Made by a program: the position numbers and the translations under genes | Shown: in pieces, positions 1 to 10,168 of the stretch | How positions within the stretch are numbered: position 1 is the first letter of the stretch | How the letters are laid out: every line of letters begins with the position of its first letter | The notes under the pieces: model-generated | Told to the model about the DNA's origin: nothing | What the model saw: only the letters and a program-made list of their open reading frames with translations | The model's database searches: none | NCBI GenBank assembly: GCA_044368425.1 | Contig: JBIPLL010000001.1 | Coordinates: 1 to 35,806, forward strand | Source: Beijerinckiaceae bacterium | GTDB taxonomy: Bacteria; Pseudomonadota; Alphaproteobacteria; Rhizobiales; Beijerinckiaceae | Length of the DNA stretch: 35,806 nucleotides | Direction of reading: 5' to 3'

Positions 1-1293
<1,293 letters not shown>

Positions 1294-1307
1294 CGTCGTT
1301 CTCCTCG

Positions 1308-4300
1308 TCACTCGGCCGCGGTGAGCACTGCGTTGTGGGATGCGGGGCGGCGGTCTTCCGCAAGCGGACCCTCGAGCCAGTCGACCTTGCCGAGCTTGCG
1401 GATGATCACGAACTCGTCGCGATTGGTGCCGATCGTGCCGTAATAGTTGAAGCCGTAGGCGAGCTGGACATAGCCGCCGATCATGTGGGTGGGCTTGAGG
1501 ACCGCCCGCGTGACCGAGTTGTGGATGCCGCCGCGCTGGCCGGTGATGTTCGAGCCCGGCACGTTCACGATCTTCTCCTGGGCATGGTACATCATGACCA
1601 TGCCCTCCTTGACGCGCTGGGAGACAACCGCGCGGGCGACGAGCGCCCCGTTGGCGTTGTAGGCCTCGATCCAGTCGTTATCGACGATGCCGGCCTTGCG
1701 GGCATCGACTTCCGAGAGCCAGACGATCGGGCCGCCGCGCGACAGCGTCAGCATCATCAGGTTGTCGGTATAGGTCGAATGGATGCCCCATTTCTGGTGC
1801 GGCGTGATGAAGTTGAGCACCACTTCCTTCTCGCCGTTGGGCTTGAGGCCCTTGACGGGATGGATGGTCTTGAGGTCGACCGGCGGGCGATAGACGCAGA
1901 AGCCCTCGCCGAAGGCGCGCATCCAGAGATGGTCCTGGTAGAGCTGCTGGCGGCCGGTCAGCGTGCGCCACGGAATGAGTTCGTGCACATTCGTGTAGCC
2001 GGCATTGTAACAGACCTTCTCGCTTTCGAGGCCCGACCAGGTCGGGGCGGAGATGATCTTGCGCGGCTGGGCGACGACATCGCGGAAGCGGATCTTCTCG
2101 TCCTGCTTGGGGAGCGCGAGATGGGCATGCTCGCGGCCTGTCGCCCTGGACAGTGACTCCCAGGCCCTGACCGCGACCTCGCCATTGGTTTCGGGCGCCA
2201 GCATCAGCAGCACCTCGGCCGCGTCGATGTCGGTCTCGATGCGGGCCATGCCCTTGGTCGGACCGTCAGCAACGACGCCATTGAGCTCGCGCAGGTGCTG
2301 GACCTCGTGGCCCGTCTTCCAGGCGATGCCCTTGATGCCGTTGCCGATCGTGTCCATCAGCGGACCGAGCGCGGTGAAGCGGGCATAGAGGTTGGGATAG
2401 TCGCGCTCGACGACCGTGACAGCCGGCATGGTCTTGCCGGGCACCGGCTCGCATTCGCCCTTCTTCCAGTCCTTCGGGACAGGCCCCTGCGCCAGTTCGC
2501 CGGGACTGTCGTGCTGGAGGGGGCTCAGGACCACGTCCTGCTCTACGCCCAGCACCTCGGGCGCGACCTGCGAGAAGGCGCGGGCGATGCCCTTGTAGAT
2601 CTCCCAGTCGGAACGGGCTTCCCAGGCCGGGTCCACCGCGCCGGTCAGCGGGTGGATGAAGGGATGCATGTCGGAGGTGTTGAGGTCGTTCTTCTCGTAC
2701 CAGGTGGCGGTCGGCAGGACGATGTCCGAGTAGACGCAGGTCGTCGACATGCGGAAGTCGAGCGTGACCAGCAGGTCGAGCTTGCCGCGCGGCGCCTCGT
2801 CGTGCCAGCGCACCTCCTTCGGGCGCTGGCGGCCTTCCTCGCCCAGATCCTTGCCGAGCACGCCATGCGAGGTGCCGAGCAGGTGCTTGAGGAAATATTC
2901 GTGGCCCTTGCCGGACGAGCCGAGCAGGTTCGAGCGCCAGACGAACATGTTACGCGGCTGGTTGGGCACTGCGTCGGGGTCTTCCCAGGCGAAGGATAAC
3001 TCGCCCGACTTCAGGCCCTGCGGCACGTAGTCCTTGACCTCGAGCCCGGCGGCCTTCGCCTTCCTGGCGATGTCGAGCGGGTTCTGGGTCAGTGTCGGGT
3101 AAGCCGGCAGCCAGCCCATGCGGGCGGCGCGGATATTGTAGTCGATGATGGCGCCGTCCCACGGACCCGCGGGCGCGGTCGGCGACAGGATCTCGCCCGC
3201 CTCCAGCGTCTCGTAGCGCCACTGGTCGGTGTGGAGATAGAAGAACGAGGTCGAGTTCTGCTGGCGGGGCGGACGGCCCCAGTCCAGCGCGAAGGCGAGC
3301 GGTGCCCAGCCGGCCTGCGGGCGCAGCTTCTCCTGCCCGACATAATGCGACCAGCCGCCGCCCGACTGGCCGACGCAACCGCACATGACCAGCATGTTGA
3401 TCACGCCGCGATAATTCATGTCAGCGTGGTACCAATGGTTCATGGCGGCCCCGATGATGATCATCGAGCGGCCATTGGTCTTCTCGGCATTGGTCGCGAA
3501 TTCGCGCGCGACCTGGATGATCTTGTCGCGCGACACGCCCGTGATCTTCTCGGCCCAGGCCGGGGTATAGGGCGCATCCTCGTCGAAGGAGCCGGCGACA
3601 TTGTCACCGCCGAAGCCTTGATCGACGCCGTAATTGGCGAGGAACAGGTCATGGACGGTCGTGACCAGCACCTCGCCGTCCGTCGTGGCAAGGCGCTTGA
3701 CCGGCACGTTGCGCTCCAGCACCGAGTCGTGGCCCGAATGGGTGAAGTGCTCGTGCGGGATATTGCCGAAATAGGGGAAGGCGACCGGCTCGAAGCTGTC
3801 CTCCAGACCCTTCATCGACAGGCGCAGCTTCGTCGCCTCGCCGGTTGAGGCCTTTTCCTCGATGTTCCACTTGCCGCTCTCGCCCCAGCGAAAGCCCGCC
3901 GAGCCATTCGGCACGACGAGCTGGCCCGTCGTCTCGTCATAGGCCAGCGTCTTCCAGTCCGGGTTGTTCGCCTCGCCCATGGCGCCGTCGAGGTCGGAGG
4001 CGCGCATGAAGCGGTCGGGCACCAGCCGGCCGTCCTGCCTGACGAGCTTCACCAGCATCGGCATGTCGGTGTACTGGCGCACGTATTTCTGGAAATACGG
4101 GACCGTACGGTCGACGTGATATTCCTTGAGGATCACGTGGCCCATGGCCATGGCGAGCGCCGAGTCGGTGCCCTGCTTCACCGACAGCCAGATGTCGGCG
4201 AACTTGGAGGCTTCCGAATAATCGGGGCAGATCACCGCGCTCTTGGCGCCGCGATAGCGCGCTTCCGTGTAGAAATGCGCGTCGGGCGTGCGGGTCTGGG

Positions 4301-5069
4301 GGACATTGGAGCCCCACAGGATCAGGAAGCCGGCATTGTACCAGTCGGCGCTCTCGGGCACGTCGGTCTGCTCGCCCCAGGTCTGGGGAGAGGCCGGCGG
4401 CAGGTCGCAATACCAGTCGTAGAACGACATGCAGACGCCGCCGAGCAGCGACAGATAGCGCGAGCCCGCCGCGTAGGAGACCATCGACATGGCCGGGATT
4501 GGCGAGAAGCCGATGATGCGGTCGGGGCCGAAGGTCTTGGCCGTATAGGCGTTGGCGGCAGCGATGATCTCGTTCGCCTCGTCCCAGGTCGCGCGGACGA
4601 AGCCGCCATGGCCGCGCACGCTCGTGTAATCGTCGCGCTTGGCCTTGTCCTCGACGATGCTCTTCCACGCCGCGACCGGGGTCAGCAGCGCGCGGGCCTT
4701 GCGCCACTGGCGCAGGAGCCGGCCGCGGATGAGGGGGTATTTCACCCGGTTGCCGGAATAGAGATACCAGCTGTAGCTCGCGCCGCGCGCGCAGCCGCGC
4801 GGCTCATGGTTGGGGAGATCGGGGCGCGTGCGGGGATAATCCGTCTGCTGGGTCTCCCAGGTGACGATGCCGCCCTTGACGTAGATCTTCCAGGAGCAGG
4901 AGCCGGTGCAATTGGCGCCGTGGGTGGAGCGCACGATCTTGTCGTGCTGCCAGCGCTGGCGATAACCGTCCTCCCAGCGGCGGTCCTCGTCGGTGAGGAT
5001 GCCGTGGCCGTTCGAGAAGGTTTCCGTCACCTTCCTGAAGAATGTCATGCGGTCGAGAAAGTGGCTCAT
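1308..5069 (-). CDS. narG: Respiratory (membrane-bound) nitrate reductase alpha subunit NarG, molybdopterin-guanine dinucleotide enzyme
   Basis: 1253-aa ORF. The N-terminus MSHFLDRMTFFRK...WEDGYRQRWQHDKIVRSTHGANCTGSCSWKIYVKGGIVTWETQQTDYPRTRPDLPNHEPRGCARGASYSWYLYS is near-identical in pattern to enterobacterial NarG, including the vestigial Tat-like leader and the HxxxCxxxC FS0 cluster ligands. It is followed directly by narH. Confidence 0.98.
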   Translation of the reverse strand: MSHFLDRMTFFRKVTETFSNGHGILTDEDRRWEDGYRQRWQHDKIVRSTHGANCTGSCSWKIYVKGGIVTWETQQTDYPRTRPDLPNHEPRGCARGASYSWYLYSGNRVKYPLIRGRLLRQWRKARALLTPVAAWKSIVEDKAKRDDYTSVRGHGGFVRATWDEANEIIAAANAYTAKTFGPDRIIGFSPIPAMSMVSYAAGSRYLSLLGGVCMSFYDWYCDLPPASPQTWGEQTDVPESADWYNAGFLILWGSNVPQTRTPDAHFYTEARYRGAKSAVICPDYSEASKFADIWLSVKQGTDSALAMAMGHVILKEYHVDRTVPYFQKYVRQYTDMPMLVKLVRQDGRLVPDRFMRASDLDGAMGEANNPDWKTLAYDETTGQLVVPNGSAGFRWGESGKWNIEEKASTGEATKLRLSMKGLEDSFEPVAFPYFGNIPHEHFTHSGHDSVLERNVPVKRLATTDGEVLVTTVHDLFLANYGVDQGFGGDNVAGSFDEDAPYTPAWAEKITGVSRDKIIQVAREFATNAEKTNGRSMIIIGAAMNHWYHADMNYRGVINMLVMCGCVGQSGGGWSHYVGQEKLRPQAGWAPLAFALDWGRPPRQQNSTSFFYLHTDQWRYETLEAGEILSPTAPAGPWDGAIIDYNIRAARMGWLPAYPTLTQNPLDIARKAKAAGLEVKDYVPQGLKSGELSFAWEDPDAVPNQPRNMFVWRSNLLGSSGKGHEYFLKHLLGTSHGVLGKDLGEEGRQRPKEVRWHDEAPRGKLDLLVTLDFRMSTTCVYSDIVLPTATWYEKNDLNTSDMHPFIHPLTGAVDPAWEARSDWEIYKGIARAFSQVAPEVLGVEQDVVLSPLQHDSPGELAQGPVPKDWKKGECEPVPGKTMPAVTVVERDYPNLYARFTALGPLMDTIGNGIKGIAWKTGHEVQHLRELNGVVADGPTKGMARIETDIDAAEVLLMLAPETNGEVAVRAWESLSRATGREHAHLALPKQDEKIRFRDVVAQPRKIISAPTWSGLESEKVCYNAGYTNVHELIPWRTLTGRQQLYQDHLWMRAFGEGFCVYRPPVDLKTIHPVKGLKPNGEKEVVLNFITPHQKWGIHSTYTDNLMMLTLSRGGPIVWLSEVDARKAGIVDNDWIEAYNANGALVARAVVSQRVKEGMVMMYHAQEKIVNVPGSNITGQRGGIHNSVTRAVLKPTHMIGGYVQLAYGFNYYGTIGTNRDEFVIIRKLGKVDWLEGPLAEDRRPASHNAVLTAAE

Positions 5070-5096
5070 GATGCGTGCCTCAGGTGAGGGAAATCG

Positions 5097-7922
5097 TCAT
5101 TCAGCGGGGGTCGGCATCGGGGCGGCGGGCGGGGAGCCGGCGCCGCGCTCGATATCGAAGAGCAGGCCGCCGCGGCGGGTGTAGACCCACCAGGTGATCG
5201 CGATGCAGCTCAGGTAGAAGCCGAGGAAGCCGTAGAGCGCCGCGCTCGCCCCGCCTGTCATGGCGATGGAGGTGCCGAAGCTCTTGGGGATGAAGAAGGC
5301 GCCATAGGCGGCAACCGCCGAGGTGAAGCCGATGATGGCTGCCGCTTCCTTCTCGGCCTGCCTGACGCGCTCGGCCGCGCTCATGCCGGTTTCGAGACGC
5401 GCGACTTCCTTGCGCATGATCGCGGGGATCATCTGGAAGGTGGAGGCGTTGCCCACGCCCGATGCCGCGAACAGGAACAGGAACGAGCCGAAAAAAACGG
5501 GGAAGGCCGTCGGATCGCCCTTCATGCCGATGGCATAGAGGACGCCGACGACGCCGAGGCTCATCGCCACAAAGACCCAGAGCGTGATGCGTCCGCCGCC
5601 GATCCGGTCGCAGGTCTTGCCGGCAAGCGCGCGGGAGACGGCACCCACCAGCGGCCCGAGAAAGGCGAGCTGAAGAGCGTTGACCTCGGGGAAGAGGATC
5701 TTCGACAAGAGCGGGAAGGCTGCCGAGAAGCCGATGAAGGAGCCAAATGTGCCGGTATAGAGCCAGCACATGATCCAGTTATGGGCGCGGCGGAAGATCA
5801 CCGCCTGATCGGCGAAGGAGGCCTTCATCGAGGCGATGTCGTTCATGCCGAACCAGGCCGCGAAGGCCGAGGCGGCGATGAAGGGCACGAAGACGAAGCC
5901 CGCATTCTGCAGCCAGAGCGTCGAGGTGACGCCCGCAACCGTCGCGGTCTGCGGATTGCCGCCCAGCGCGCCGAAGACGCCGGCCGTGATGGCGAGCGGC
6001 ACGACGAACTGCACGACGCTGACGCCCAGATTGCCCAGACCCGCATTGATGGCGAGCGCGTTGCCCTTCTCCGCCTTGGGGAAGAAGAAGGAGATATTGG
6101 CCATCGAGGAGGCGAAGTTGCCGCCGCCAAGGCCGCAGAGCAGCGCAAGGAGGAGGAAGATCCAGTAGGGCGTGGCCGGGTTCTGCACGGCAAAACCGAT
6201 GCCCAGCGCCGGCAGCATCAGCGACCAGGTGGCGAGCGTCGTCCAGAGTCGCCCGCCGAAGATCGCGGGCATGAAGCTGTAGAAGATACGCAGCGTCGCA
6301 CCCGACAGGCCCGGCAGGGCCGCGAGCCAGAAGAGCTGTTCGTTCGAGAAGGCGAAGCCCACGCTCGGCAGCTTGGCCACGACGACCGACCACACCATCC
6401 AGATCGAGAAGGAGAGGAGCAGGCAGGGCACCGAGATCCACAGGTTGCGCCGCGCAATGGCCCGGCCTTGCGCCTGCCAGAAATCGCGGTCCTCGGGCCG
6501 CCAGTCGCTGATCGCCCCCTTGGCCGAAAGCGCGCCAGCCTGGGACGGCCCGTGGATCGGCTGCATCTCGGGCAGTTCGGGGAGCGAAGCGGCCTTGCCG
6601 CTGGCTTCGAGAGCGTCGCGCTCCATTTGCCGGACGGCGACATGCATCCAGATCAGCGAGACGGTGACGATGGCGAAGAGAAGCCAGAAGCAGCTCTGCC
6701 AGATGCCCGTCAGGTCGTTGAGCATGCCGAAGGTGATCGGCAGGATGAAGCCGCCAAGTCCCCCGACGAGGCCCACGACACCGCCGACCGCGCCCACGCG
6801 GTCGGGATAATAGACCGGGATATGCTTGAACACCGCCGCCTTGCCCAGGCTCATGAAGAAGCCGAGCACGAAGGCGACCACGATGAAGCCCGTGACACCC
6901 ATGCGGGTGGAAAAGGCGATCGGGCCGGACATGCCCTGCACGACATAATCGGTCGGCGGATAGGACAGGATGAAGGTGCAGGCCACGCAGACCATGAAGG
7001 TCCAGTACATCACGCGGCGGGCGCCATACTTGTCCGAGAGATGGCCGCCATAGGCCCGGAAGACCGAGGCCGGCAGCGAATACATGGCGCCGATCAGACC
7101 GGCGGTGGTGATGTCGACCTTGTAGACGCCGATGAGATAGCGCGGCAGCCAGAGCGCCAGCGCGACGAAAGCGCCGAAGACGAAGAAGTAATAGAGCGAG
7201 AAGCGCCAGACCTGGACGTTCTTCAGCGGCTCCATCATCGCCGCGAGCGACTCGGGCTTCGCACCGGTGGCGCGGCGGCGGGCGAGGTCGGGATCGTCCT
7301 TGGTGAAGACGAAGAAAAGGACGGCGGTGATCGCAAGCGCAGCCGCCCAGACGAGCGCGACCGTCTGCCAGCCATAGGCGACCATGACAGTCGGCGCGGC
7401 GAACTTGGTCAAGGCCGAGCCGACATTGCCCGCGCCGAAGATGCCGAGCGCGGTGCCCTGCTTCTCCCTGGGGAACCATTTGACGACATAGGCGACGCCG
7501 ACCGAGAACGAGCCGCCCGCGATGCCGACGCCGAGCGCCGCGATCAGGAAGGTCGTGTAGTCATAGGCGAAGACAAGGAGGGCCGTCATGAGGGCCGCGC
7601 TCAACATGGTGAGCGTGAAGACGACCCGCCCGCCATATTGATCGGACCAGATGCCGAGGATCAGGCGGATCAGGGATCCGGTGAGAATCGGCGTGCCGAC
7701 AAGCAGGCCGAACTGCGTCTCGGTCAGGCCGAGGTCCTTCTTGATCTGGATGCCGATGATCGCGAAGATCGTCCAGACGGAGAAGCAGATGGTGAAGGCG
7801 AAGGTCGACATCCAGAGGGCCTTGCCCTGATCGCTCCTGTCGAACCCCGTGCCCCCCGTTAACGTGCCTGCAGCCGGCACGCCTGCGGGCCGTCCTGCAG
7901 CCCCTTGTGCCCCGATTGCCAT
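5097..7922 (-). CDS. narK: Fused two-domain MFS nitrate/nitrite transporter (NarK1-NarK2 type)
   Basis: The ORF runs to 7955, where the start is GTG. I prefer the ATG at 7922 (MAIGAQG...), which is preceded by a G-rich purine tract. There are two tandem MFS halves. The second begins DWRPEDRDFWQAQGRAIARRNLWISVPCLLLSF, the typical NarK N-terminal signature. It ends 27 nt upstream of narG. Confidence 0.9.
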   Translation of the reverse strand: MAIGAQGAAGRPAGVPAAGTLTGGTGFDRSDQGKALWMSTFAFTICFSVWTIFAIIGIQIKKDLGLTETQFGLLVGTPILTGSLIRLILGIWSDQYGGRVVFTLTMLSAALMTALLVFAYDYTTFLIAALGVGIAGGSFSVGVAYVVKWFPREKQGTALGIFGAGNVGSALTKFAAPTVMVAYGWQTVALVWAAALAITAVLFFVFTKDDPDLARRRATGAKPESLAAMMEPLKNVQVWRFSLYYFFVFGAFVALALWLPRYLIGVYKVDITTAGLIGAMYSLPASVFRAYGGHLSDKYGARRVMYWTFMVCVACTFILSYPPTDYVVQGMSGPIAFSTRMGVTGFIVVAFVLGFFMSLGKAAVFKHIPVYYPDRVGAVGGVVGLVGGLGGFILPITFGMLNDLTGIWQSCFWLLFAIVTVSLIWMHVAVRQMERDALEASGKAASLPELPEMQPIHGPSQAGALSAKGAISDWRPEDRDFWQAQGRAIARRNLWISVPCLLLSFSIWMVWSVVVAKLPSVGFAFSNEQLFWLAALPGLSGATLRIFYSFMPAIFGGRLWTTLATWSLMLPALGIGFAVQNPATPYWIFLLLALLCGLGGGNFASSMANISFFFPKAEKGNALAINAGLGNLGVSVVQFVVPLAITAGVFGALGGNPQTATVAGVTSTLWLQNAGFVFVPFIAASAFAAWFGMNDIASMKASFADQAVIFRRAHNWIMCWLYTGTFGSFIGFSAAFPLLSKILFPEVNALQLAFLGPLVGAVSRALAGKTCDRIGGGRITLWVFVAMSLGVVGVLYAIGMKGDPTAFPVFFGSFLFLFAASGVGNASTFQMIPAIMRKEVARLETGMSAAERVRQAEKEAAAIIGFTSAVAAYGAFFIPKSFGTSIAMTGGASAALYGFLGFYLSCIAITWWVYTRRGGLLFDIERGAGSPPAAPMPTPAE

Positions 7923-8014
7923 CGCAACCCCCGACCTGTTCCCGATCGCACGCACGACGATTGTCGCGCGGCCCTGATGCAGGGGTACGCTGGCGGGCGG
8001 GGGCCTGCTTCAAA

Positions 8015-8028
8015 CTGATTTAAATCAA
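8015..8028. promoter_or_regulatory. FNR/Dnr/NarR-type box CTGAT-TTAA-ATCAA upstream of narK
   Basis: Read directly from the sequence: cTGATttaaATCAA. It matches the consensus TTGAT-N4-ATCAA at 9 of 10 half-site positions. It lies in the narK/regulator divergent intergenic region, about 65-100 bp upstream of the candidate narK starts. Confidence 0.6.
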
Positions 8029-8128
8029 GGGTCTGCGGCGCTGCGAACGATTCAAGCGGAGCCGCGAGTGTCGTCAATGCCGTCGGCGGGGACGGTCAAT
8101 CGCGCTGCCGCGAGATGCAATCCACGAC

Positions 8129-8142
8129 TTGATTTTTGTCAG
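8129..8142. promoter_or_regulatory. Weaker FNR-type box TTGAT-TTTT-GTCAG upstream of the Crp/Fnr regulator gene
   Basis: The left half-site TTGAT is perfect. The right half GTCAG matches ATCAA at 3 of 5 positions. The box centre is about 59 bp upstream of the ATG at 8195. Confidence 0.35.
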
Positions 8143-8194
8143 GCTTGCGAGAGGCGCGTGCCGTCCTCTAGATTTGGAGCGCAAGGGAGTGGCG

Positions 8195-8893
8195 ATGCGC
8201 ATTGAAGAGATCGATCAGGTGCGGGGCCTCGCGCTTTTCCAAGGCTGCGACCCGGAACGGATCGAGTCGCTGCTGAGGGCCTCGTTCCTGCAGCGCTTCC
8301 CTGCCCAGGTCGAACTGCTGCACGAGAGCGAGCGCGCGGATTTCCTGCATGTCGTGGTCGAGGGGCATGTGGAGGTCTTCGCCCGCTATCGGGACCGGGA
8401 GACCACTGTGGCGGTCCTGGGCCCCAGCCAGACCTTCATCCTGGCTGCGGTGATGACCGACAAGCCTTACCTGAAGTCGGCGCGCACTCTCTCGCCGAGC
8501 CGGATCCTGATGCTGCCGTCGGAAATGGTGCGCTCGCTCTTCGATGCAGAGCCGGCCTTCGCCACGGCCATCGCGGTCGAGCTTGCCCATGCCTATCGCG
8601 ATGCGATCAAGGAACTGAAGAACCAGAAGCTGCGCTCCAACCTCGAGCGGCTGGCCAACTGGGTCATTCGGACCGAACGGGAGCAGGGCGGACAGGGCAC
8701 GCTGGAACTGACCTTCGACAAGAGGGTTCTCGCCTCGCGCCTGGGCATGGCGCCAGAGGTCCTGTCGCGCTCCTTCGCGGCACTCGCGGCCTATGATGTC
8801 GGTGTCACCGGGCGCCGGATCACCATCGGCGACAGGGAGGCCCTGATGCAGCTGGCCCGGCCCGACGCCCTCATCGACGATCCGGAGATCTGA
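8195..8893 (+). CDS. Crp/Fnr-family transcriptional regulator lacking the FNR Cys cluster (NarR/NnrR/Dnr-like), divergent from narK
   Basis: The ATG at 8195 is preceded by AGGGAG at 8184..8189. The track ORF start at 8129 is a TTG. The product has an N-terminal cNMP-binding-like beta-roll (FLHVVVEGHVEVF...). The C-terminal HTH carries the FNR-type recognition motif E-x-x-S-R (PEVLSRSFAAL). There is no N-terminal Cys cluster. Confidence 0.85.
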   Translation: MRIEEIDQVRGLALFQGCDPERIESLLRASFLQRFPAQVELLHESERADFLHVVVEGHVEVFARYRDRETTVAVLGPSQTFILAAVMTDKPYLKSARTLSPSRILMLPSEMVRSLFDAEPAFATAIAVELAHAYRDAIKELKNQKLRSNLERLANWVIRTEREQGGQGTLELTFDKRVLASRLGMAPEVLSRSFAALAAYDVGVTGRRITIGDREALMQLARPDALIDDPEI

Positions 8894-8918
8894 CCGACGA
8901 AATCCGGCCCATTTGCCA

Positions 8919-8938
8919 GGCGTCGCTCCGCCGACGCC
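8919..8938 (+). terminator. Possible intrinsic terminator hairpin after the regulator gene
   Basis: GGCGTCG-ctccgc-CGACGCC forms a perfect 7-bp stem with a 6-nt loop. It starts 26 nt after the stop at 8893 and is followed by TCCTTGC, which is only a weak T tract. Confidence 0.3.
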
Positions 8939-8995
8939 TCCTTGCACAGCACCCCGCTACGGTCCACATAAAGCCAGTCTTTCCGGGAGAACCCA

Positions 8996-10168
8996 ATGTC
9001 GAGCGCGCCCGTCACCATCAAGACTCCGATGCAGTATCTGGACAAGGCAATGGGCGCGCTGCGCGACCTCGGCCTGCAGCCGGCCAAGGTCGAGGATGCA
9101 CCGATCAACGTGCTCCTGCAGAAGATTTCCGATCTCGACCAGGACCGCATCGCGGTGATCGCACGCACGCTCGGGCAGGCAACCGTCTTCAACGAGGTGG
9201 TTCGCGAGCAGACCCTCGCGATGGATATCGGCAATCGCTACCAGGAGATCGCCGAGAGCTTCAACTCGATCCGTGACGACGCCAAGAAGATGGTCGACCA
9301 GATCGGCGACGGGAAGATCGACGTGTTCGAGCGCGTCACAAATGTCTGGATGAAGATCTCGCGCGGGGACATCTCCGACCGTTTCGACTCGATCAAGGCC
9401 AAGTATCTCGACGTCACGTCCTCCACCAAGGACCAGATCGAACGCGAGGGCATCATCCTCGACGCCTACCGGGACTTCCGCGGCGCGCTGAAGCAGGCTG
9501 AAGTGCTGGCGCTGGAGGTGCTCAAGACAGCCGAGGGCAAACTTGAGGCGGAGAAGGCGCGGCTCAAGATCGCGTCGGAGGCGGTCGCGGGATTCGCCGG
9601 CACCGAGCCGGCCGAGCGCGCCAAGCTCGAACTCGTGCGGGACGAGCACCTGCGCCTGACGCAGGACGAGGAGAAGCGCTATCAGATCGCCAAGGATCTC
9701 TCCGACAACCTCACCGTGTCCTACAACACGTCGGAAGTCATCATGGCTCGCCTGATGCAGACGACAAATGCAAAGGAGCGCGTCTATGCGCAGGCCGTAT
9801 CGTTCTTCTCGACGAATGACAGCGTCCTGACCGCACTGAAGGCATCGTTCACGGGCATGTTCGGCCTGCACGAGGCGACGCAGACGCTTGAAGTCATGAA
9901 GGAAGGCATGTCGAAGAGCCTCGAGACGCTGGCCGAGATCGGGGACAAGGTTCAGGAGGCGGCCGTGCGTGCCGGCTACGGCCCGACCATCCGCGCCGAT
10001 GCCGTCAAGAAGCTCGTCGACAGCGTGGTCGGCTTCCAGGAGCGCTCCATCGGGATCGTGGCGGAGATGCGCAAGCTCTCCACGCAGAATGCCACCGAGA
10101 TCCGCGATGCGGTCGAGGATGGCAAGAAGCGGATCGCGCGCCTCGTCGCGGAAGGCCAGACGCTCTGA
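8996..10168 (+). CDS. Hypothetical all-helical cytoplasmic protein, distantly TelA/YaaN-like (toxic anion resistance family); gene 1 of a three-gene module
   Basis: 390-aa ORF with GGGAGA at 8985..8990 upstream of the ATG. Composition is protein-like (K, I, E, D, N, Y, F present) and GC3 bias is strong. There is no signal peptide or TM segment. The length and the order of helical segments resemble my memory of TelA-family proteins. This was not verified by a profile search. Confidence 0.8.
   Translation: MSSAPVTIKTPMQYLDKAMGALRDLGLQPAKVEDAPINVLLQKISDLDQDRIAVIARTLGQATVFNEVVREQTLAMDIGNRYQEIAESFNSIRDDAKKMVDQIGDGKIDVFERVTNVWMKISRGDISDRFDSIKAKYLDVTSSTKDQIEREGIILDAYRDFRGALKQAEVLALEVLKTAEGKLEAEKARLKIASEAVAGFAGTEPAERAKLELVRDEHLRLTQDEEKRYQIAKDLSDNLTVSYNTSEVIMARLMQTTNAKERVYAQAVSFFSTNDSVLTALKASFTGMFGLHEATQTLEVMKEGMSKSLETLAEIGDKVQEAAVRAGYGPTIRADAVKKLVDSVVGFQERSIGIVAEMRKLSTQNATEIRDAVEDGKKRIARLVAEGQTL

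Noticed and set aside
5781-7862. 693-aa plus-strand ORF and 566-aa minus-strand ORF across the narK region
   Set aside because: Both are alternative frames of the MFS transporter gene. Their translations are extreme Arg/Gly/Asp/Glu or Arg/Pro low-complexity sequence, whereas the narK frame gives 24 hydrophobic helices.
8061-8100. Repeated GTCAAT sequences (cgtcaatgcc / ggtcaatcgc) in the nar control region as extra FNR half-sites or NarL heptamers
   Set aside because: They match only a partial half-site with no properly spaced partner, which is not distinguishable from chance.
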